A stretch of 64,000 bases of DNA. It comes from Takakia lepidozioides (taxonomy: Eukaryota; Plantae; Bryophyta). Of this stretch, positions 46,781 to 57,000 are shown piece by piece; positions within the stretch are counted from its first letter, which is position 1, and every line of letters starts with the position of its first letter. Both the position numbers and the translations under genes were made by a program. The stretch lies in assembly GCA_030704615.1 (NCBI GenBank), contig CM060732.1, positions 79,856,001 to 79,920,000 on the forward strand, given 5' to 3'. The notes beneath the pieces are model-generated. The model worked only from the letters and a program-made list of their open reading frames with translations, was not told where the DNA came from and did not search any database.

Positions 46781-47652
46781 TACCCTTAACCAGCAAACAA
46801 TTAGTTTATTATTAATATGTTGGGTCAGTGAAAAAATAGTTAAATATTTTTACTTATTATCCACATATATATTGCTATATAATTTATATATTGTTATTAC
46901 ACGTGCCATTGCTTAACTAGTTGTCTTAGTCAGCTCATTTTAGGTAGTCAAAGTCTCTCACTACAGTCAAAATTTTCACGGTTGTCTAGCACCTCGAATA
47001 TTTTAATATAAATTTTGACTGCAAAATGGTTGGAACAGTCGAAAGTAACAACAATCAACGCCAGCGTCAAACTAAATCGTCGAAATTACATAGGGTGTGT
47101 TGTAGTGTTGTTTCCAGTCCCAGTACTCAGTCCAACTTCTAGTACTTTAGTCCAGTTTCCAGTATCTGGTACTCTAGTCCAATTTCCAGCATTCCAGTAT
47201 TCAAGTCGAGTTCCCGTATCTTGTACTCTTGTCCATTGTTATAAAGATCATCTTGATTCATGTTTATCCATCATGCATTCGGCCACTCCAACCTTGACTT
47301 CTTGTCTAGTCTTGTAACCTAGTTTGTGTTCAGTTGTGATCTCGTCCTTGACAGTTTGGCGAGACTAAAGTTTGTTCCTTAATTAGTTAAGATGGAAGGC
47401 ACATTTGTGGAAATGGTCGCCACATTGCAGAGTCTTCAGCTCCAGATGCAAGAACTTCGTACTTCTACAGCCCAATTACAAGTTGATCAGTCTCAAGATC
47501 TTGACAACGCTCTCCACAATTTGCAACAACAAATTTCAGAGTTAAAGGAGTCGAACAATGGATCTTCAACCATAAGAGTCTCTACTGCAACAGCTCCTAC
47601 TGCAACGGTTCCTCTTCAACAGATTACGAGAGAACCAAAGATCAGCATGTCC

Positions 47653-48706
47653 GAGTCGTCATCATATATGACCATGGTATCCCTCTATGGACGACCAATA
47701 CTTGAGAGAAATGATGATAACCATAATGTTTGCCTTGTAGCTGTCCAGATGCAGCCATATATCTTGCCTCAGTTGAGAACATAACAATTGTAGATTGCTT
47801 CTTGATGCTCCAGCTAACAGCTTCATTTGCAATAGTCGTATAGCTCTGTGCTTTTGCAAACACTATTTAAGATATCATATGAACTCACTTGGTTGGATAA
47901 CCCAACATTATTATTGTTCTTTCTCAAGCACACACCATAGTCCAATGTGCTTCTCAGATAACGAAAAATCCGTTTTACTGTAACCCAATGGAGTTGCCCA
48001 TGGTTAGCCACAAATTGGCTTATAACCCTTACTGCTTATGCAATATATGGCCTTGTACAGACCATTGTATACATGAGACTTCCCACAACACTCTGATAAG
48101 GAACATCTTTCATTGTCTCTAAGTCTGCAGCACTCTTAGGACTAATCTCATTTGAGAGTTTGCAATTTGGGACAAACGGGGTATTTACCGGCATACTTTC
48201 AGCCATACCAAAGCGCCTTAAGATATCTTCAAGATACTTACGCTGGTTCAGGTAAATCGTTCGGTCTTGTCGAACACGAGATACCGATACCCCAAGCAGT
48301 AGTACTTGATCTCTTTCAAATCCACCATCTCAAACTTCATTGAAATATCACTTTGTCTTTTTCAACAAAGCCTGATCAACACATGATCATAGGATCTCTT
48401 TAAGATCCACCATCTCAAACTTATTTGAGATATCACTTTGTCTTTTTTCAACAAAGCATGATCAACACATGATCACATGATCTCTTTCAGATCCACTATC
48501 TCAAACTTCTTTGAGATATCACTTTGTCTTTTTCAACAAAGTCAAGTCATTAAAGACCAAGATCAGATCATCAACTTATACTCTTATGACCACACAACCA
48601 CTATCTCATACTCATTTGAGATATTGACACTCTGTATGTGTTTCAACGGAGTCAAGTCATTAGAGACCAAGATCAGATTATCAACATACAAGGTTATGAT
48701 CACAGA
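47653..48706 (-). mobile_element. Ty1/copia RT-RNaseH fragment, degenerate, with internal tandem iterations
   Basis: LYVDNLIL (YVDD), KFEMVDL x3, VPYQSVVGSLMY, HWVTVKRIFRYLRST, VSWSIKKQSTIVMFSTEARYMA. Confidence 0.85.
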
Positions 48707-49695
48707 TGTCATAGACATAGCCCAAAGGAACCACTACAGGAAAAAAGGGGGGGGGTTTCGACGCCGCAGCCACGCCGCGGAGTCGTAAAACAGCCCTTTT
48801 CGGATAGGATGGAAGAACCAAATTTGGCGTCGCAAGCCCGTCGCCAAAAAAACGTCGCAAATAGGCGAAACCGCGATTTGCGACGTCCGAACGTCGAAAA
48901 AAAAAAAAAAAAAAAAAACCTACTTTGCAATGCAGAATTAATACCGTCTAGAGGTCGCAAAGTGTGACGCCTGGACGTCACAATTTAATGGGGTACATCT
49001 GAATTTAGGCGGGAAAATTTGAATTTCAAAAACTTGTTGACCATTGACTCTGGCGTCGACCATTGACTCCGATCTGTCTAATGACGATATGTTCATTGTT
49101 CTACATATATCATGCAATGCATACTTGAACCTAAGACCTCCATGTTATAACATTTCTAAGACACTACAAACTAATCAATACACCTACGCTACATCTATGT
49201 ATTACAAAAGCAATCTAAATATATATATATATACATATATAAAGATTTGATTCAAGTTCCTTCTAAGGATGTTTCTCTTGTGACGCCGGGGAGTTGCAAC
49301 CTCCACAGCCTTAATGCCCCAGCCCCAGCCCCAGCCCCAGCCACAGCGTCGTCGTCGTTGTTGCCCACCCCCCCCACCAGGCGCCCTAAGCGACGTCCTT
49401 GTGATGACCTAAGTTGACCACAACACCATTGCGACCCCCTGTGACGACGCCGTTGCGACCCCTAGGCATCACAAAAAAAAAAAAAAACTCACACTGTGGT
49501 GATGCTGTTGCGACGCCCTGACGTCGTAGAGACGCTGGGGCGCCCTTACTGATGCTCGACGTCGCCACGTCCAATTTTATATATATATATTTCCGACGTC
49601 ACGGAGGATTGCGAAGCCGGCCCCATTTGCTGTAGTGAACTTACCAGGAGTAAATATCAGAAGTTATCAAGTTATCATGTTGCCGAAAGTTACCA
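48707..49695 (+). mobile_element. 5' end of a further Tcn1-like LTR copy (48707-48731 + 49641-49695), split by a CACTA
   Basis: tgtcatagacatagcccaaaggaac|ttaccaggagtaaata matches the LTR start at 40459 (tgtcacagacatagcccagaagaacttaccaggggtaaata). Confidence 0.85.
48732..49637. mobile_element. Non-autonomous CACTA element, 906 bp
   Basis: CACTACAG...CTGTAGTG; perfect AAC TSD (48729-48731 / 49638-49640); GC-rich subterminal TGCGAC/GCGACG repeats. Confidence 0.92.
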
Positions 49696-49703
49696 CGATT
49701 TAT

Positions 49704-49881
49704 CAAATGGGGGGGTTTGCGACACCAGCCGCGCCCCCACGACCCGCGCGGCGCTGAGCCCGCGATGCCGAGGTCCGCCGACGCCGACGCAAATTTGATT
49801 TTTTCCCCCGCCCGAAAAGGGCTGTTTTACGACGTCGCGGCGTGGCTGCGGCGTCAAAAACCCCCCCCTTTTCCTGTAGTG
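49704..49881 (-). mobile_element. Mini or one-ended CACTA of the same family as 48732-49637, in inverted orientation
   Basis: The reverse complement of the right end (cactacaggaaaagggggggg-tttttgacgccgcagccacgccgcg) matches 48732 onward; the left part caaatgggg resembles the other end but lacks CACTA. Confidence 0.7.
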
Positions 49882-50749
49882 GCAACAACCTGGATGTCAC
49901 CTAAGAACGGACCACCAACAATTAGAGGCGGGGGGAGCTGCACGCCATTTGGGACAGTTGTTCGCCCGTGAAGCACACATCTCAAGGGAATGACAAGTAG
50001 GGGGAGCAGCTTGGTAGAACTCATCATAGGGTAATAAAAGGGGCGACCACAGAAACCGAAGACAGATCTCCTGGGGCAGCATGCAATACAACTGCTGCCC
50101 TTGCCTGAGGTGTTTGCCGTAGCTGAGAACTCCGACCTTGTACACATAGAGGGAAAGCGCCAAGTAGAGTGTGTCGGGGGACATGTTGTTTGTGTAAGTA
50201 CCGGTTGTAGATCGGCTCCCGAAAAAAGGGGCATACCATCTCGTTGGCCTTGTGTAGTAGTAGTGCAGCAGTCTGGCGGGGTGACATTCAGTGTGCTCGA
50301 AATGAAAAATACTGTGCAGAAGCTCAAGAAGGATCTCCTAGGCCCAGTGCGGGCGGCAAATCTGTGGGGGAGGGCTCAAGATATGCACAGAAAGATAACG
50401 GGGGGAAGTCAGAGAACTTTAAACCTCACGAGTCAAATGATGACTGTATGTTGTCGAAATCTAGACTAAAACAACTAAGAAGAAGCTCAAAAGAAGCGCT
50501 ACAACCCTGCAGTACGAAGCATTGCTAGAACAAGGGGTGAGGCGGCGAGACCGCCCCGCCGGAGCACACTGAGCGGTAGCAGAGGCCATGGCGGTGGCCA
50601 TGGATAAATATAGAGACACTGACAAATAAGTGGGACCGCTATATTGAAGAGCTTAGGAAGATGAGAGGACAAGGTATTTGGCTGAACCCTAAAAGATAGT
50701 CTAAGATATAGACAAGATCATGGGAGAAGGGCGGAGCGCATAGTGTGGT

Positions 50750-51750
50750 GGTGTCGAAGATGAAGAATGTGCTTGCATCCTTTATTTGTCATGGTCAATT
50801 GCAGTACTCCCTGTGTAGATCTCAAATTCCTAAATGCCATCTTGCTAGGCATTCACAATCAGTGGAGCACATGAGATTGTTGGGATCCACTGCCTGCAAG
50901 GGTGCTGTAGCAGACTTGAATTTTCATGTGGACTTGACGTCCTCCAGCACTGCCAGGCCTAAGTGGGCTATGGGACTGTCATGATTGACAAGTCTTGGAC
51001 ATTTCCAATGGCAGGGAAAATCTTCTTGGTACTATCATTTTTTGGGCAATTGGGAGTGCATTTTGTGCATGCTGCTGCTTGTGTAGTCTAGGACTTAGAT
51101 GGAGAAGGTGGATGTTTTGTGAATGAGTTGTTCAGATTGGGTCCTCATGACGACTTGCCTGGGGGTAAATTATCAGAGGCTAATAGTACCTCAGTGGATA
51201 CTCTAATAAATTGCGCTACAACTTTTGAGACCTTCGCAGCCCCTTTCTCGACTTTGGAACAAAAACCGAGAGTTTTTCGTTCACCCTCTCCACTTGGAAG
51301 TCCATGTGGAGGGAAGTGTGGCGAAAGAACAGGGCCACCAAACCAAGCGTGTTTATCTGGAAAGTGGTTAACCGTATTCTCCTTGTGGGGCTTTGGCTTG
51401 CCTTGTTTGCACCACAAAGATATCCAAATCTATTGAACATTGCCTTGTGTCATGCCCTATGGCTTGCATTATCTGGAGGGTTTCCCTACAATTCTACTCG
51501 CACTGGTCCTGCTTTTGCTCAATATGCTAAACAACGGCATTTGGATTAAGTGCCCTGTCTGGGCTTGTCTTCGGGCGTGCGTTTTATGGCAGCTGTGGAA
51601 ATGCAGATGTGCACTTTTGTTTCAAGGGAAAAGCCCCAACATGGCAGTTGGGTGGCTCATAAATTACGTAACATGGCAGTTTCTGTAGTAACTTCCATCC
51701 ATGATTTCAACTATATTTTTTCTACAAATCAGAATTTCATGTAAGTTTGG
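50750..51750 (+). mobile_element. Degenerate L1-type LINE 3' region (zf-RVT)
   Basis: WREVWRKNRATKPSVFIWKVVNRILLVGLWL and ACVLWQLWKCRCALLFQG motifs. Confidence 0.6.
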
Positions 51751-52934
51751 TTGGAGTAAGGTTTCTAACTAGAATAGAAATGTGTACCAATTGTTAGATT
51801 GCAAAAAAGATCATTTGTTACAGAGCTATGGTTTTAAAGATAATTGCTAAAAGAAATGGATCTACACTCATATAAATTATGGTAGAAAGAAAAACAAAAT
51901 ATGTGTGCAATTTTTGAAACCAGCCCATTTTTATATGGACTAATTACCTTATGAATTGAGAGCTACGAACTATTTTATACCTAAAAAATAGGTTGATTTG
52001 CTCCAGTCCATAACATATTATGTTTTGGGTTTCTGGGGTATCATCTTTTACTAAAAAGGCGTATAAACCTATAATCTAGAATGGCCAGGTGGTATATGGA
52101 CAAATGGTTGTAAACTCTAAATTTTGACGTCTAAATATTTTTTCAAATTAAAGATTAAATCTTTTTAGTAAAACAATATCTTCCGAAGTAGTTGGGGTAC
52201 TCAGTCTTTACTGAAAATGTTAGGTATATTTATTATTATTTTTAAAATAAAATAAACTGAAAACATATGGTCAAATTTTTTTTTTTCCATGGTCTTCCAA
52301 TGGACTCAACATCTGCCACTTTTGAGCCACCCAACCCTGCATCTAGTTATCATATCAATCCTCTTTAAGATCCATACTGATATGATGATTGAGGGGAGAA
52401 ATGCTTGGGTATCTTTGTTGGCAGTTGTTTGCAGGAAAGCGAAACGTCTTCAATAGTTTGATTTTTTTTGGGCAAATGTCAACATCCTCTGTTTTTCGGA
52501 CTCTTATGTCTCCTGATAGGACTTCCCTCCGAATGAGAACCCTATTCTTGATGGTAGTGAATGTGATGTCAATTGGCGACATAAGGATTTTGTGGCCCTG
52601 GCTAAAGCTCATTTGGAATTCAGAGTACTAGTCCAGACTCTTTTCTTAGGTTGTTCTCTGTTTCCCTCTATGGGACTCATTGGCTCTTTCGATTTGTGTT
52701 GTCATATCTTGGTTTTCTTGACTATGGGGCAGGGCAGTGTCCCATTTGTAAATTCTCCGGGTTAGTTTTTCTTGGCTTTAATTTGAGTTTTAGTGCTTTT
52801 GTCCTTTAAAAATAAAAGAGAATAACTACACCAAATATTTTTGTACCAAAAAAAATTGAAAAAGAGAACAGATGCTAAGGGAAAAAATAACCACTTGGGG
52901 GGTGAAAGGATTTTTTTTTTGGTTTGTTTTTCTT

Positions 52935-53163
52935 AAAAGAGAAACACCGGGAGCGACAGCCTCGCCAAATTCAGGCCTATTAATTTTGTAGTGAGAGGAG
53001 AAAGTAACCTCTTTCGCAGTAACCTCGCCGGGAAGGCATTCGCATGGGACGTCGCCGGGAAGAGGGGCAAAAGAACATACCACAACCGTCAAGGTAGCAG
53101 AATTTGACCCCAGATTCATCGGGTGACACTCTGTGCACTATCCAACTGAGCTATTGACTGTTG
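52935..53163 (-). mobile_element. tRNA-derived SINE, copy 2
   Basis: A-box at 53142-53153, B-box-like at 53100-53109, collinear with 27780-28045, T-rich run on + at 52911-52934. Confidence 0.75.
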
Positions 53164-54011
53164 ATTGATAGACCATAATCAGACTATGCAAGGCAATATA
53201 TGATTTTAAAATTAATAAGAGGTCAAAAAAATAAAATAAGAGGAGGAATATGAAATATTGTTGAAAATTTTGGAAATTGATTTTATGAAATTAAATAACT
53301 TCTATAGAAATATTCCATATGTTGAAATGAAATTCTCAAAATAAAATAAATATTCGACACATGATTGTTGAACTTGTCAAGGTACTACGATAATATACAT
53401 TTACCTTTGGATAAGGGGTATATTATATACTAAACTAATAATTCATACTGATGAATCAAAATATTTACCTGCATGAAGGGTAAGAGTATAGGTAAAATGA
53501 AAAGGATACCTACATCCGGGTAAATGATTTACCCGCGCAAGGCCCGGGCACCTTTAGCCGATAATGCACGACGTGTGCTTTTTGTTTTTTAATTACTAAA
53601 TATTGATTCACTTTATATTTATATTGATTTCATCGTGACCGGCCATACCAGGTAAACCTACTGTAGCCGGTGGTGAGGAGGTTTCCGGTGACCGTGATCT
53701 CTGTCCTCTGGAGTTCCCTTGAGAAGCCCTCGCTGGGGAGGCAGTCTGAAGCGAGGAGCTTGAGAGATCGATCGAGGTAAGTAACTAGTGTGCAGTAGAG
53801 CGATCGAGGGCCGACAGGCGGAGTGCATAGCACTACGATTGTGCTCCAAAAGTGTATTGCGGAAAGCAAATCAATTCTCATTTCGTGGTACCGTTGTCCG
53901 ATCTCTGGGGATGTGATGGACTTGTTGCTTTGGAAGGCGAGGGGCTGGTGAAGTAGAAAGGTGGACAAGCGGCGACAGGTTGGCATAAGGGGTGACGCTG
54001 TATTATTTAAA

Positions 54012-57000
54012 ATGCAGGCTTGGGGTAGCAGTACCGTTTTTTTAGCCGCCTGCTTGGTTCTGTCACTGCATCTGTGTGGTGCTACGGAGTATGATCACAA
54101 GGTGAGTCCATTCCATTCTTGACTAAAAATGTGTTGCGAAAATTTGGGATCTGCTCGGATTTTGTGCAGCAATCAATTTGGTGTGCAGGTGTGGTGCCCA
54201 TGGACTGCGTGTCAAGTATGGGGGCAGTAGTTACTAGACTTGCTCAGATGTTTTTAGACTATGAAGATTTTTGTCCGTCCTTGGCAGTCTTCACTGTGGA
54301 TCATGCTCCATTGTTGACCCTGAAAGTCCTGTTCTGTTGTCGCAAGCTCAGAAGACCCTTCATCGGTTTCACCTCTTGATTCCCAGATGATCATTCATCG
54401 AGGATTTTGACCAAAAAACTGGCTTCAAGCTCAAGATTACTGTGGGCTGACCTGTTTTGTGCACGTTATTGAGGCTTGCAGATGATGTGGCAAACAATGT
54501 GGGTGCCACCATGTGGGCTAATTCGTTTGAGTTGCTTCATACATTCTGGACTGCTTCTGTGTTCTGTGATCAGTATGCTACAGGTGACACGGTCATGCTG
54601 TGGGTCAACAAAGTGGGTCCATACAACAACCCTCAAGAAAAATACAACTACTACAGCTTGCCATTCTGCATTCCTGGGAGTGGATTGATAAGTCACAAAT
54701 GGGGTGGACTTGGGGAAGTTCTGGAGGGAAATGAGCTCATTGACAGCCAGTTGGAAATCAAGTTCAGAAGTAAGTTCCTTAGCAGAACTCCAGCTTGAAG
54801 GGGTTTTATAATTGGCTTTGCTAGTTCAACCCACTTCTGCATTGGAGAAGCTTGTTAGTTGCTGACCTAGTGGCATATGATAGTGAGCCTTAAATACCAA
54901 ATACAAGATTATAGATAATGGTTGCTTGTCAATTAATGTTGACATTGTCAATTGAAACTGCCAAGTTATTGGAATGGCCTGTAGATGAGAACAAAGTGAG
55001 ACTTCATATTTAAAGTGCCATTACTTGCCAGAGCCGGTTGACAAGAAGCTGATCTGCAAACTTTTACTGGAAAAGGAGTACTCCGGAATTTTTAAGGAGG
55101 CCATTGAGGACACCTACTGGTTTGAGTTCTTTATGGGTGCGCCCCTTGACCTGTTGCCCTCACATCCTGGGGTTGTGCTTAACGCAAACCTCTTGAATTG
55201 CATCCTCAATATTTGGTGTCACTAGGACCTTCCTGCTTGCTTTCTGAGGTGATGTATTTCCATGAGAATGCCTAGATTCTGTAGGGCATGTCTGCAAACT
55301 TACTCCAATGAGATGGCTAATACAGTGGGTTGGTTACTGCTACGTTGAAACCACAGCCTGTGTACAATGCACGAGCCACTTGAGGTCGTATTGGTTGGGG
55401 TTTCTGGTAGCTGTCACCTCGTCTTCTGCATATCTCAAAGCTTCCCTTCAACGAACTTCACAAGTCACGTTTTCGTGCATGCATGGCCCACATAGGGCAT
55501 TCACTTGGTCAATTTTTGGGTTTCGTAGTCATTAACTAGCCGCTTGTTGGGGATGCATGATATGGTGGACAAAATCCAGATGACCTGCCACTTTGGGGTA
55601 CGTGATGCTTTCCGATTCCTGTCATTCTGGATCCTTGTGGGACTTCAAACCATTTTTGTTGTGCGATGGTCTCAAGGACAATCCTTAGGTGGCAAGACAA
55701 ATTATCAATGTATGTTTGTGTTTTAATGTCTCTTGTATTCCTGCATAAAAGTGCTCCTCTCTCTCTCTCTCTCTCATTTCCGCTCAAACTGGCCCCGGGG
55801 TCAATGGCCACAAGGCTACGGCAAACAACGTCTTATGAGTACATTCTCTCTCTCATTTTGGTCACAGATTGGTCATCTGAGGCCCTGCATGTGAGCATGA
55901 TATTCAATGTGAGCTATGGATGCAGGGTTTGTTGGAGAACACCACGCAGACAAGAAAAGTGAAGATGCATCACATCAGATGTACACACACAAAGACTTTG
56001 TTATCAAATACAACAATGACCAGGTATTCCAACCCCTGTATTGCTAGGGGACTGTATCATCTTGTAGAGTATAGCTGACATATTCGCTATATTTAAAACC
56101 ATTTTTCACTTCATGATCTCAGTCCATTATAATCCGAGATGCGCCTAAAATGAGTGTCATGCCATATATGTGAGTTCTGATACTAGTACAATGTGAACTT
56201 AGCAGTAAAGTATGGAGATATCTCTGCAGGACTGAGGCAGTGGATCAACTGAAAAAGCTCACTTGGGGTTGCTGTATTTTGCAGATCATTCAAGTCAACC
56301 TGACACAAGACAACCTTCAGCCAGTCTTACCAGGGAGGACACTAGAACTCACTTATGCTGTCAATTGGGTTGAGACCAACACGACATTCGCCAGGCGATT
56401 TGATGTGTATTTGGACTACCCATTCTTTGAGCATCAGGTATTGCCATCTTTATGTGAAGTGTTTCACAGATATCTTGAATGTTGCAACATCATTGCTATT
56501 TCTGTCAATGTCATCTCTTGTTTTCTTGAATCTGAGCTTGATATGCTTAGTGTATGAAAATTCACTCTCCAAATGCCTTGCCTTGAGAAACAATATTTTA
56601 CTCTTATTGGTATGTGTAGATGTATGTTCTTGCTATTTGCCATGTTGACCTCTTTGAGATGGTGGCAGCCAGATCTCAACACCTGTAAGAAAATGTTCCT
56701 GGCTTACCAATCATTCAATGGGGAACAATTTAATGGTAATTCAAGTTAGTGAATATGCCGTGGAAGTACCTTGGGGCTTGAGGTGTCTCTGCACCCCTCC
56801 CCCAACAACGGGGCAATAACCTCCCGGTAGTTGCTGTCACTTAAATCAGCTTCCTATATTTGCATGTCATCTTGTCAGGGTGCCTAAATCTTGATTAGGC
56901 ACTCAGCAAGGTTTACAAAAATTTGGCACACCCCTCACCTCAGAAGTATAAGCATGTGTTATTGGTTGTGCAGATCCACTGGTTCTCTATATTCAACTCT

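Larger units (their letters stand above)
40798..47107. mobile_element. Non-autonomous CACTA (En/Spm) element, 6310 bp, carrying host gene fragments (Pack-CACTA)
   Basis: Termini CACTACAA...TTGTAGTG; perfect TTG TSD (40795-40797 / 47108-47110); similarly spaced subterminal TTTCGAC/TTTGAC repeats; no transposase visible. Confidence 0.92.
40459..47652 (+). mobile_element. Second Tcn1-like copy: complete ~582-bp LTR (TGTCA...TGACA; 40459-40797 + 47111-47353) split by a CACTA, then PBS and a truncated gag start (ATG 47392)
   Basis: The LTR halves rejoin exactly to the intact LTR sequence gctactcttgtttccagtccc; gag MEGTFVEMVATLQSLQLQMQEL is near-identical to 39432(-). Confidence 0.92.

Noticed and set aside
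48732-49881. One larger CACTA with long TIRs spanning both GC-rich ends
   Set aside because: The flanks (aac / gca) do not form a TSD, whereas 48732-49637 has a perfect AAC TSD that restores the LTR.
53370-53560. MITE remnant with tttacc/ggtaaa repeats upstream of TMN1
   Set aside because: No definable TIR pair or TSD.
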